Virus record (IMG/VR): IMGVR_UViG_3300002307_000224
Coordinates: 1-24,262 of that record
Source of the DNA: a virus
Taxonomy: Duplodnaviria > Caudoviricetes
Direction: 5' to 3' (one strand)
Length of the DNA stretch: 24,262 bases
Part shown: positions 9,196 through 17,659 of the stretch, piece by piece
How the letters are laid out: each line of letters opens with the position of its first letter
Position numbering within the stretch: the stretch's first letter is position 1
Notes under the pieces: generated by a model
Seen by the model: the letters and a program-made list of their open reading frames with translations, nothing else
What the model was told of the DNA's origin: nothing
Database searches by the model: none
Translations under genes and position numbers: made by a program

Positions 9196-9651
9196 CTAGC
9201 TAGATTCCGTAAATCTACGACCCTGTAATTGCATAGAGCTATTAATATGTGACTGTATTTCGCTGAGTATCAGCCGCTTTTTAATGAGGTCTTCTTGGAT
9301 TTTGATTTGATATACTAATTTATCTTCTGCTTTTGTTTTTAGTATTCTACGATGATTTGCTATATTAAAATTTATACTTGAAAGATTGAGGTCCAACACA
9401 TGAACACGATTTGCTAGATTATGTTTACCTTCGTTAACTAGAATAGTATATGCAATAGCATTCTTTTGTTCTACAAAGTCAACTTTCTTTCCAGTTCCTG
9501 AAACTCTGTATATTCCAAACACAGGCTTTATAGCATATTTACCAAACATATTAATTACACCACCTGTATCTTTTGTAATAAGAACATTTCTTAAATCGGA
9601 ACGAAGTTCTTCTTCAAACAAATCTTCTAGTCTTCTTGAAATCGTCTTCAT
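9196..9651 (-). CDS. Hypothetical protein (151 aa)
   Basis: ATGA overlap with the upstream ORF. Confidence 0.7.
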   Translation of the reverse strand: MKTISRRLEDLFEEELRSDLRNVLITKDTGGVINMFGKYAIKPVFGIYRVSGTGKKVDFVEQKNAIAYTILVNEGKHNLANRVHVLDLNLSSINFNIANHRRILKTKAEDKLVYQIKIQEDLIKKRLILSEIQSHINSSMQLQGRRFTESS

Positions 9652-10091
9652 ACTACCTCAAAATAAATGTTTCTAAATTCTTCTGATGTGTCAAGCATGA
9701 TATTCAACGTTTGTAGTTGATCAACACAGTGAATCATCGGAACCCCATCACAATCTTTGTATAAAGCACCTAATGGAATTATACCATTTTCAAACACACT
9801 TGGATGTTGAATATCAAACTCAAATTTCCAATAGTTGTTATTATCTTCTTCTAATTGGTACAAGAAGCCAAACTTCTGTAAGATATCATCAGTTAACTCT
9901 AATCTCATTGGCGCTTTAACTACGTCTGGCTGTGATCTGAGAGATATAACTTGCAATATAGTATCAAAATTACATTGTGTATTTCTTTTACGTATCCAAT
10001 CTTGAATATTATCTTGGTCAGGTTTGGATCTATTAATCACGCCCGTTTGCGTAATATTGAACAATGTATAACAAACCATTCTAATAGTCAT
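9648..10091 (-). CDS. Hypothetical protein (147 aa)
   Basis: ORF preceded by TAAATA-N5-ATG. Confidence 0.72.
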   Translation of the reverse strand: MTIRMVCYTLFNITQTGVINRSKPDQDNIQDWIRKRNTQCNFDTILQVISLRSQPDVVKAPMRLELTDDILQKFGFLYQLEEDNNNYWKFEFDIQHPSVFENGIIPLGALYKDCDGVPMIHCVDQLQTLNIMLDTSEEFRNIYFEVV

Positions 10092-10096
10092 GAGTA

Positions 10097-10102
10097 TATT
10101 TA
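10097..10102 (-). promoter_or_regulatory. Late promoter motif TAAATA, 5 nt before the ATG
   Basis: cTAAATAtactcATG. Confidence 0.6.
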
Positions 10103-10108
10103 GACAAC

Positions 10109-10139
10109 AAAAAGCCCGAGATAGAATTCTATCTCGGGC
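10109..10139 (-). terminator. Rho-independent terminator after the 124-aa gene
   Basis: Perfect 26-bp palindrome GCCCGAGATAGAATTCTATCTCGGGC (10114-10139) followed by TTTTT on the minus strand. Confidence 0.85.
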
Positions 10140-10163
10140 AATCTGAGTTTTGTTTAACTACAA

Positions 10164-10538
10164 TTATGCGCCAGCAGTGAAGCTTGCACCAGCAGTTGTA
10201 GTAGTTCCGGTTACACCAGCAGCAGTAAGAGCAGTGTCAATTGAAGATGCAGTCCACTGAGCAGTTGGGTAAATTGCAATTGCGAATGTATCGTTTGAAA
10301 GATCAGTATACTGATACATGTAGATAGTTGCAAGCTGCTGAATAGTCTGCACGATAGTAGCAACCTGAGTAGTTGAGAAAGCACCAGTTGCGGTGATTGT
10401 GTAGAAGTCAAGCTTTGGACCTGCAACATTAACTACGACGCCTGAAGTTACTGCGTTAAGTGCGCCAGTAGTGTATGCACCTGTATCCTGGTGCATAACT
10501 GGCTGAAAGTCACCATGTACTTTTGTGAATTGTGCCAT
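10164..10538 (-). CDS. Small Thr/Ala-rich putative virion protein (possibly capsid decoration), monocistronic
   Basis: Own late promoter, SD AAGGA and own terminator; composition typical of structural proteins. Confidence 0.6.
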   Translation of the reverse strand: MAQFTKVHGDFQPVMHQDTGAYTTGALNAVTSGVVVNVAGPKLDFYTITATGAFSTTQVATIVQTIQQLATIYMYQYTDLSNDTFAIAIYPTAQWTASSIDTALTAAGVTGTTTTAGASFTAGA

Positions 10539-10582
10539 TTTATGTTTTCCTTATAGTGTGTAGAGCGCCATGCTCATATAAT

Positions 10583-10588
10583 TATTTA
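10583..10588 (-). promoter_or_regulatory. Late promoter motif (ca)TAAATA
   Basis: Intergenic, upstream of the 10538 start. Confidence 0.7.
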
Positions 10589-10618
10589 TGCCATACCACA
10601 AAAAACACGGTTTAAGGA

Positions 10619-11776
10619 TTATCTATTGGCTAGATTTTGACGGCTAAAGCCCATTCTATCTACGAACTTTAGCCCGTTACTTACGAAACCTTCTTGTGTT
10701 TGAGTTCCGTCCTGTAAATATCCCTTAACTGGACTTAATTCTGCTGCCTTATCCAATTGACGAACTATATCCATCTTAAGATTATAGATAGCCACCCAAA
10801 TTTTAAATGCTCCTAACACACCTTTCTTATTGACTTCAAGATGTTCTCCGAGCTTAGCTCTCATTTTATCTGTCATCGGACGAGTCTTGAAAAACTCAAA
10901 AAAATCGTCTGTCAAGTTCTTAAGATTTCCTGACACAATTTTACGATTGATATAAACTGTAAATAGCTGATTGAAGGTATTTCTGGCCTGGGGAGCAGTA
11001 GTCATTAGATCATGCACTGCTGCACCATACTGATTAATTTCGGACTGCGCCTTAGATAACAATGATTGATTGATCTTGAGTTTAGGTGTGATCGGCATTT
11101 TACTCGGAACAACTGCTACATTACTAGCATTTTGTAGATTTCCAATAGTACCGTCAAGTGTCTTAGCTTCATCGGTACTTACTGCATCAGGAGGAATAAA
11201 CTGGTGTACAGCAATTCCGGCTACTTTTCCAGTAAGTAATTTACCTGCATCACTATTAACATCAACAGTATAAGTAATGCCATTTGGATTGGCTCTAAAT
11301 TTATAAACACCATTTGACTCTTGTAGCTCATTACTGAATAAAAGATCGCCCCAGTAATATCCATTGGAACCTCTATCATCTTTTTCAAGACCAGGCCAAA
11401 TAGTTTCGATGATCCTATATAAATCTCCGCGATTTACTCCACGAGCCTGATCATAGGCGACGAATTCTTTAGGACTATACACTTGTCTACCACTGCCATC
11501 TTTCTTATTGAACATGTGCTTATCCATGATAGCAAACTTACCATCAGTACCTCTACCAAAAACCAAGGCAGGGAAACCGTCCCATTTAATAGTAACTTTA
11601 GTGGGGTTTTCAATAGTAGCAATAATTGACTGCAATGCTCTAGCCATTCCGGTTTGATCTTGCAAGAATACTAAATCTTCTGGATGATCTAAATGGCCTT
11701 TATCCTCATCAATGCGAGGCTGTGCAATCTTGTCTAAAGTTTTTGCGAGATTAATTATTGATTCGGTCAGATTCAT
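10619..11776 (-). CDS. DUF6267-like protein with ligase/nucleotidyltransferase-like motifs
   Basis: HLDHPED, TIKWDGFPA (KxDG), YWGDLLF, QEGFV, LKFVDR. Confidence 0.6.
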   Translation of the reverse strand: MNLTESIINLAKTLDKIAQPRIDEDKGHLDHPEDLVFLQDQTGMARALQSIIATIENPTKVTIKWDGFPALVFGRGTDGKFAIMDKHMFNKKDGSGRQVYSPKEFVAYDQARGVNRGDLYRIIETIWPGLEKDDRGSNGYYWGDLLFSNELQESNGVYKFRANPNGITYTVDVNSDAGKLLTGKVAGIAVHQFIPPDAVSTDEAKTLDGTIGNLQNASNVAVVPSKMPITPKLKINQSLLSKAQSEINQYGAAVHDLMTTAPQARNTFNQLFTVYINRKIVSGNLKNLTDDFFEFFKTRPMTDKMRAKLGEHLEVNKKGVLGAFKIWVAIYNLKMDIVRQLDKAAELSPVKGYLQDGTQTQEGFVSNGLKFVDRMGFSRQNLANR

Positions 11777-12486
11777 TTTTTGCGTCTTTTTGATTCTTTA
11801 AATAATGTTCCTCCGGATGTAACACCTTTAGGTGCAGGTCTCGGAGTTCCTGCAGTTACAGTCCCGGCGTTTCTAGTAAGAGTAGGAGCAGCTAATGGAT
11901 TTGCTGGCTTAGTAGCTGGTCTCACCGTTGATGTGACTTTGCCGGCTGGTTGATTTGCTTTTGCCGGCTGGCCGGGTGATGCAGCAGGCTGTGAACCAGA
12001 TGCTGCTTCTGATCCTGCTACTTGACTAGCAAAAGCTAATTGTGCTAGCTGAGTTAACGCTTTGACGCCACGGTCAGTTTTATAGGTTGCTTCTACGTTC
12101 TTGATGATTTGCTGAGCATGACTTTTATCATATGGAACGGACCCCATGTATCTAGTAAAATAGTTTGCTAGATAAGTGCCTATAGGTTGACCTGCCATCT
12201 GTTCAAGAATACTTTCAAACAGTGCATTCATTTTATTGTAACTAGCATTTTCAGTGGTAGTTGCTGCTCCCGGAGCTATTCCGACATTTACCAAACCACT
12301 CTTAATTGCCATTTCTAATGCAGAACTTGCTTTAGCTACAAAGGTCTTAATGAAGTTATTCTGTGCTAGTTGCTCTTGACCGGTCATGCCCTTCTTGAAC
12401 ATGCTTTGTAGTCCGGCGGCTCCCGTATCACCTAGTAATGCATCTAAGAAACCTTCATCAATCTTCTTGAGTTTATTTTTCTTCAT
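11773..12486 (-). CDS. Hypothetical protein with Ala/Pro-rich tail (237 aa; possible internal head protein)
   Basis: Overlaps both neighbours in an operon; KKIDEG near the N-terminus. Confidence 0.65.
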   Translation of the reverse strand: MKKNKLKKIDEGFLDALLGDTGAAGLQSMFKKGMTGQEQLAQNNFIKTFVAKASSALEMAIKSGLVNVGIAPGAATTTENASYNKMNALFESILEQMAGQPIGTYLANYFTRYMGSVPYDKSHAQQIIKNVEATYKTDRGVKALTQLAQLAFASQVAGSEAASGSQPAASPGQPAKANQPAGKVTSTVRPATKPANPLAAPTLTRNAGTVTAGTPRPAPKGVTSGGTLFKESKRRKK

Positions 12487-12721
12487 TTTTCTTCCTTACA
12501 GCCTTACTGAATCTGTTTTGGTCTTTGCCCTTAATTGCACTTAGCAATTTCTTTTCAAGCAATTCAGCCTTTTCGGAAGGATAATGCTTTTGCATTAGTT
12601 CAATTAAATTTATAGCACTTGCAATGATATTGCTGGCTCTGGATTCAATGACATGATTTATATCACGCTTGTCGCCATAAGACTGCAATTCCTCTAAAAG
12701 GCTTCTTGTTTTTTTATGCAT
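12473..12721 (-). CDS. Hypothetical protein (82 aa)
   Basis: First ORF after a late promoter; overlaps the next gene. Confidence 0.7.
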   Translation of the reverse strand: MHKKTRSLLEELQSYGDKRDINHVIESRASNIIASAINLIELMQKHYPSEKAELLEKKLLSAIKGKDQNRFSKAVRKKNEEK

Positions 12722-12744
12722 AATGAGTAAGACCCTATACTTCT

Positions 12745-12750
12745 TATTTA
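12745..12750 (-). promoter_or_regulatory. Late promoter motif (aa)TAAATA
   Basis: Intergenic, upstream of the 12721 start. Confidence 0.65.
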
Positions 12751-12761
12751 TTCGTTTCGGG

Positions 12762-14156
12762 TCATTTCTTCAAAGAACTTAACAGCGATTTTAGTTTTGC
12801 TGCCTGTACATCACCTGTTACTTTCTTTTCAAGTGGTTGCACATTTTCTTGAATAGTATCGTTTACGGTGCTAGTAGTCTTGATTTTACTTAATATCTGG
12901 TTAGGAGTAGGCTGTTGTTTATCACCATCTGGATCATCGTCAGTAATACGCATAGTTTCCATATTGTATTCTAAGTCAATCTTTTGACCAACACCAGTAG
13001 AACTACGGCTCTTCATACACTGAATCTGATATTTGCCTCTTTCACGCATAGATCGTGAAGTAAAGATACCAAACACATAGTCCGCAGTATTAATCTTTGA
13101 AATACCACCTGCAATGTGACTGTGATCAAACTCAATTTCTTCAACTGCCGATCTATTCAACTGTGATGCAGTTACAAGTAGGACACCAAGCTCTTTGGCT
13201 AGATTGCGTAGTTCTTCTGAAACATACTTGTCCTTAATGAACTGATCGTTTGGATTGACTTTAACACTAACAGGCATAACAAGGTCAAGATAGTCAACCA
13301 TAACAAAGTCAATTCTGATTCCAGTCTGGATCTGAACTTCTTTGATATAGCTGCGAATAGCATTTACATTGCTCTGAGCAGGAAGATTTTTAACACGATA
13401 CTGACCCATCTTTTTGCCAGCCATCTTGACTCGCAATTCGGCATCATCCATGTTCTTGCGAATATCCTTCGTACTCATGCTTGTAAGCATGGCGTCAGTG
13501 CGAAGTGAGGTTAGTTCTTCTGAAAGTTCTAGTGTGATATAAACGCCACTAAGTCCTTGCTTTAACCAATTGAGAGCAATATTCATCATGACTAGTGACT
13601 TACCCGAGCCTGAACCACCTGCGAAGATATTAAGTTCGCCTCGACTCATGCCACCGTACATGACTCTATCAAGCTGGGGCCAGCCTGTACTTACCTGCCC
13701 TCCTGCATTGAAATACTTGTTCAATCGTTCTTTTGGGTCAGCAAAATAGTCTGTGCCCATATCGCGCTGGAGGCTGATTTGAACTGCGTCCTTGACTAGT
13801 TTTTCAACTGGATCAAACTCACCTTTTTCAAGCAGGTCGGCTGCTTTAAGAATCGCTCTTTCTAGTTCTTGCCGCTTAGTAAATTTTTCAAATTCTTCTA
13901 AGAACCAATCATTATGTCCTTCAGCTAAATCAGGGATAGGTTCAATGATAGTACCAGTGGTAGCCTTAATCTGCAAAGGGTCTGGCATAACACTGTGCTT
14001 AGCAGTATGCTCAACGATGAATTCTGCTGCCGGACGAAGACTACGATCAAAATTCTCTGGATTCATGATGTTCATAACGCGAGTATAAAGCTCGGCATTG
14101 GTGATCATCATTTGTAAAAACAGTTTTTGCACATCCGAATTATAATCTTTTAACAA
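12762..14156 (-). CDS. DnaB-like/T4 gp41-like replicative helicase
   Basis: Walker A GGSGSGKS, YITLELSE, VMVDYLD, TASQLNR, MKSR. Confidence 0.93.
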   Translation of the reverse strand: MLKDYNSDVQKLFLQMMITNAELYTRVMNIMNPENFDRSLRPAAEFIVEHTAKHSVMPDPLQIKATTGTIIEPIPDLAEGHNDWFLEEFEKFTKRQELERAILKAADLLEKGEFDPVEKLVKDAVQISLQRDMGTDYFADPKERLNKYFNAGGQVSTGWPQLDRVMYGGMSRGELNIFAGGSGSGKSLVMMNIALNWLKQGLSGVYITLELSEELTSLRTDAMLTSMSTKDIRKNMDDAELRVKMAGKKMGQYRVKNLPAQSNVNAIRSYIKEVQIQTGIRIDFVMVDYLDLVMPVSVKVNPNDQFIKDKYVSEELRNLAKELGVLLVTASQLNRSAVEEIEFDHSHIAGGISKINTADYVFGIFTSRSMRERGKYQIQCMKSRSSTGVGQKIDLEYNMETMRITDDDPDGDKQQPTPNQILSKIKTTSTVNDTIQENVQPLEKKVTGDVQAAKLKSLLSSLKK

Positions 14157-15120
14157 TAGATTTCCTCTGTAATTCTAATTTGACTTTATTGTGGGTAGCA
14201 CATTGCAGTATACTTAGTAAAGTAGGTATTCTACCATACTTTAATACCGCATCATTGGCATCCTTTATATTGTCTCCCCAATTCGGCAACGCAACTGCGA
14301 ATCCAAAATCTAACGCCTTATCTATAATTTTTAACCCTGTTTTATCTTGATCTGGTATGATAACAATTCTTCTGTTTAGGCTTCGTAATATTTCTGCTTG
14401 CTCGTCACTAATATCATCATGCAGTAGTGCGCATCCATTTAATGGAATAGCGTCAAAAATACCTTCAAAAACCAAACAAACTTCGTAATCTTTCTTTTGT
14501 AAATCATATCCGAAGACAAAGCCAGATGGCTGCTCTTTGATATATTTTGGAAATCTCCCGTCAAGGTATCTACTTATATTACCCACATACTTATTATTAA
14601 AAGTATACGGGATGATTACTCTATTATTTGCACGACCTTCATCATCAGGCGATACTAGAAAAGGATAGTCTTTAGCAGTAAGTCCTCTAGAGGTGATGTA
14701 ATCAATGTAATGTTTGTGCCTTGCATCATTTTCATCAAGAGGTACAAAATTTTCAGGTACTGGAAGTTCCTTAAAACTTGTTTTTAATTTGTACCTCTTT
14801 TTTAACGTATGTTCAATCAAGTCTTTTTTCTTGAGACTTTCTAGGCTCCAGCGATTGATCTGAGAAGTATCTATCCCCAACCATCCTAGTAAATCTCTAG
14901 TTTTAGCGGTTATACTTTTACCTAATATAAAGTTAGAAGAAAACCCACAGTTAAAGCAGTGGTAAGTCCAATTGGTTTCATTTTCAAAAATGATTCCACC
15001 TCTGCGGCGATCATCTCTTCTATGCCCTTTATGGTGACAACATACTGCATCAAAGCTATACCAGCCTGACTCAGTTTTCTTGCGACTACCAGGTATCAAG
15101 GACAAGATATCAAATATCAT
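14140..15120 (-). CDS. DNA primase (Zn-binding + TOPRIM; T4 gp61/DnaG-like)
   Basis: CCHH...YHCFNC, R.IIP, PKY, FEGIFD, PDQD, KDAND; overlaps the helicase start. Confidence 0.9.
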   Translation of the reverse strand: MIFDILSLIPGSRKKTESGWYSFDAVCCHHKGHRRDDRRRGGIIFENETNWTYHCFNCGFSSNFILGKSITAKTRDLLGWLGIDTSQINRWSLESLKKKDLIEHTLKKRYKLKTSFKELPVPENFVPLDENDARHKHYIDYITSRGLTAKDYPFLVSPDDEGRANNRVIIPYTFNNKYVGNISRYLDGRFPKYIKEQPSGFVFGYDLQKKDYEVCLVFEGIFDAIPLNGCALLHDDISDEQAEILRSLNRRIVIIPDQDKTGLKIIDKALDFGFAVALPNWGDNIKDANDAVLKYGRIPTLLSILQCATHNKVKLELQRKSIVKRL

Positions 15121-15126
15121 ATTGAT

Positions 15127-15154
15127 ATATTAACATGTTTTTAACAGAATTCAA
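15127..15154 (-). promoter_or_regulatory. Sigma70-like promoter TTGAAT-N16-TAATAT (extended TGn), 6 nt before the primase ATG
   Basis: Read directly; no SD. Confidence 0.5.
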
Positions 15155-15166
15155 GCTATTTGGTTA

Positions 15167-15931
15167 TTATCGTGACAATATGTTAGTTACCGCACCTGCA
15201 TTACTAGTGAAGCTCATACGTATGTATGGATGAAACCCTTTAACCGTATATCCTTTAGTTTCAGTAAGGTCTTCTAAATCGGTGTCTGTAGTTATTATGT
15301 ACCAATCAGTATCAGGTTGAGTAGAACCTTGAATAGTGACATTGCCATAGAATCCATCATATCTAGTTTGCAATGTTAATATAGGATTATCTTCGGTGTT
15401 AATCACGCTCGTTACATAAGTTACATTTGTACTATTGTTTGGAGTGAGGTTTGGGAAAGGCTGACCTGTTGGGATAGAAATATTAGCACTGGGAACGAAT
15501 GAAGGTAGTATGCTATCAACTATATACATATCTCCCCTTGCTCCTGCATTTTGATCAACGAAAACAGGATAGTCAAACGCACCTTGTGGAATTTCTAGGC
15601 TATAATACGCTTTTTGTGCATTGATGTTTTCTAAATCTGCTGCCATTAGTCGCAGACTAGCGATGCCCGTTAATGGTAAATCTAAGTCTAATGTTTTAGC
15701 TAATAAAACTTTATTGCCCTGATCATTCAACAATCTGCAAGTAATTGACAATCCTGTTATATCAACCGGCTTTTGTTCTTGATTTAAGAACTGGAACTGA
15801 ATTCTGTTGTCAACTCCCCTATGTAGTGACAATGATTTGGCATACTGTGGCATATATTTCCTCGGTGAGTTTCCAAACAGGAGTACTACAATCTGTCGTT
15901 GAGTGTAAACAAATACTGATGTGGTATACAA
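15167..15931 (-). CDS. Putative virion structural protein (beta-rich, two-domain), TTG start
   Basis: SD AAGGAG before TTG; late promoter at 15951; 'F.N..QKPVDITG' baseplate-type N-terminal pattern. Confidence 0.6.
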   Translation of the reverse strand: MYTTSVFVYTQRQIVVLLFGNSPRKYMPQYAKSLSLHRGVDNRIQFQFLNQEQKPVDITGLSITCRLLNDQGNKVLLAKTLDLDLPLTGIASLRLMAADLENINAQKAYYSLEIPQGAFDYPVFVDQNAGARGDMYIVDSILPSFVPSANISIPTGQPFPNLTPNNSTNVTYVTSVINTEDNPILTLQTRYDGFYGNVTIQGSTQPDTDWYIITTDTDLEDLTETKGYTVKGFHPYIRMSFTSNAGAVTNILSR

Positions 15932-15950
15932 TGTAGGCTCCTTATTATAA

Positions 15951-16003
15951 TATTTATCGCCAAAAATAACAAATAATTAGGTTTGGAAAAATAAGTGTAA
16001 ATA
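15951..16003. promoter_or_regulatory. Back-to-back late promoter motifs (TAAATA minus 15951-56; plus 15998-16003)
   Basis: Each points into its divergent gene. Confidence 0.65.
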
Positions 16004-16013
16004 ATATCTGAGT

Positions 16014-16394
16014 ATGGAACCCAACGACTTTTTCAAAAAACTGACTGAAAATCACCCGTTTATATCAATTTGCAGTTATGCAAGCCAAGATTACGTGGGT
16101 ATAATACAGAACCGAGACGATACCGTGACCACTATATATGATTACGGTGCTATTATATCACAAGATTTGAGAGCGAAGTTCTTGCAGTTAGGCGAAGTTT
16201 GGTGGTGGGAAAGTAATCGTACTGTTCCCATCAACCTTTTTCTAAAAGAAGAGTGGGCTGTTTTCAAGCCTTATATAAAAACTTTTAACAACAAAGGCTT
16301 AGAAATCATTCATGGACCAGTAACCAGCATGAATGAGTTTGTGAAAAAACGCAGTAAACGCAAGAGCATTACGCTAGTGAAACGAATCTCTTAG
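16014..16394 (+). CDS. Hypothetical protein (126 aa)
   Basis: Fills the gap; Y.GIIQN, WWWESNR..PIN.FL; basic C-terminus; TAAATA upstream. Confidence 0.75.
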   Translation: MEPNDFFKKLTENHPFISICSYASQDYVGIIQNRDDTVTTIYDYGAIISQDLRAKFLQLGEVWWWESNRTVPINLFLKEEWAVFKPYIKTFNNKGLEIIHGPVTSMNEFVKKRSKRKSITLVKRIS

Positions 16395-16887
16395 ATTCTC
16401 GCTTTAACTCTTTCTTTCTTTTATCCTTTGCCATACGCAGTACTAAATCACTGACACGTTGGTTAAATGTGACACCGATCAAATGATCATATTCATGTAA
16501 GAACACCCGACATTCTAATCCAGTCAATTCGCGCTGTACGGTTTCATTCATAGTGTTTTGATATTCTACATTTATGCTAGCAGGACGCTTGACTCTCATG
16601 AACAAGCCAGGAAAGCTTAAGCATCCTTCAAGCTCATTAAGTCTATCTTCGCCGACACCCACGATCTTTGGGTTGATACACGCGACTAGCTTTTGGAAGT
16701 TGCCCATGATAAAGATGCGCTTATTGATACCCAATTGAGGGGCCGCTAATCCTACTCCCCCGTTTTCAATCATGAACTTGCTCATGTTTTTTACAAGTTC
16801 GGTGGGGTCACCATCTACTGCAAAGTCCCATTCAGTTGAAACGTCGAGTAGTCTGTGATCACCATCTTTCAGTAATTCTAAGTTCAT
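16369..16887 (-). CDS. def: Peptide deformylase
   Basis: All three motifs: GVGLAAPQ, EGCLS, HEYDH. Confidence 0.95.
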   Translation of the reverse strand: MNLELLKDGDHRLLDVSTEWDFAVDGDPTELVKNMSKFMIENGGVGLAAPQLGINKRIFIMGNFQKLVACINPKIVGVGEDRLNELEGCLSFPGLFMRVKRPASINVEYQNTMNETVQRELTGLECRVFLHEYDHLIGVTFNQRVSDLVLRMAKDKRKKELKRESKRFVSLA

Positions 16888-17071
16888 TGTTTTTCTCTTC
16901 TTGTTCTAATCGCTCTATTAATCTGTCTATCCAAAATATCCACCAAAGATTTTGCAAATCTTTGTATTCTGCTATAGCAACAGGGTCTTTTGTAACATGA
17001 ACTAGATTAAATTCAACTGGATGTGTTTCTTTATACCAAGTAGCAAATGTAGCCGTGCAATGCTTGGTTAT
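16859..17071 (-). CDS. Uncalled ~70-codon open frame with non-canonical (ATA) or lost start
   Basis: (I)TKHCTATFATWYKETHPVEF...EQEEKNNELRITERW*; fills the gap, overlapping the upstream TAA and the def start. Confidence 0.45.
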   Translation of the reverse strand: MTKHCTATFATWYKETHPVEFNLVHVTKDPVAIAEYKDLQNLWWIFWIDRLIERLEQEEKNNELRITERW

Positions 17072-17325
17072 CGTTTAAGAATATCCATAATCTCTTGTTG
17101 TTCTCTGCGGTGCTTATTCGTCAACTCTTCGTATCTAACAACAGTGAATACCCCGATCATATTTAAATGTCCTAGCCCAAAAAATACTAGCGGTGCGTAT
17201 AGACCGGCTAGATGGGTGCAAATAACACCTGCTAAAAAGATGGCACTCACAATTCCAATTATACATGCAACCGGCTTCACGGTGTCTACTATTGCTCTGC
17301 CTAAAATTTTATGATTAATCTTCAT
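17068..17325 (-). CDS. Small membrane protein (85 aa; start revised to 17325)
   Basis: SD AAAGGAG before ATG 17325 (MKINHKILG); two hydrophobic segments. Confidence 0.65.
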   Translation of the reverse strand: MKINHKILGRAIVDTVKPVACIIGIVSAIFLAGVICTHLAGLYAPLVFFGLGHLNMIGVFTVVRYEELTNKHRREQQEIMDILKR

Positions 17326-17659
17326 TTGTATCTCCTTTTCTATAGCTATACCATATTGTTTCAACTGGAGTTTCTACACTGAAACTTTCTTGTGTTAATC
17401 CGTCACGCAATAGTTCAGCAATTTCTATTGCTTTAGCAGTGATAGTTGCCGGGTCAGAGGGGAATCTAGGATAATTGATTAATCCTACGCGAAGTCCACT
17501 TTCATGTCCATTCGTATATATGTATTCTACGGTTTGTAGTGTGACGCAGAGCCCTACTTCATCGCAGTATTTTTTTAGTATTTTTCTAGCAGTAGAATAT
17601 TTTCCTGCAATGTGAATGGTTACAGGGAATGATCTAGTAGTTTTAACTAATGGTTTCAT
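17315..17659 (-). CDS. Hypothetical phage protein (114 aa)
   Basis: GLCVT...YIYT.G.E.G..VGLINYPRFP; overlaps neighbours. Confidence 0.7.
   Translation of the reverse strand: MKPLVKTTRSFPVTIHIAGKYSTARKILKKYCDEVGLCVTLQTVEYIYTNGHESGLRVGLINYPRFPSDPATITAKAIEIAELLRDGLTQESFSVETPVETIWYSYRKGDTNED

Noticed and set aside
8387-9228. Plus-strand ORFs with CPCPCP or HVHVHV repeats, and 9007-9228
   Set aside because: Antisense readings; the repeats come from the CATGTC microsatellite
16944-16964. 9-bp inverted repeat CAAAGATTT-tgc-AAATCTTTG
   Set aside because: AT-rich, no U-tract, inside a probable ORF; likely chance
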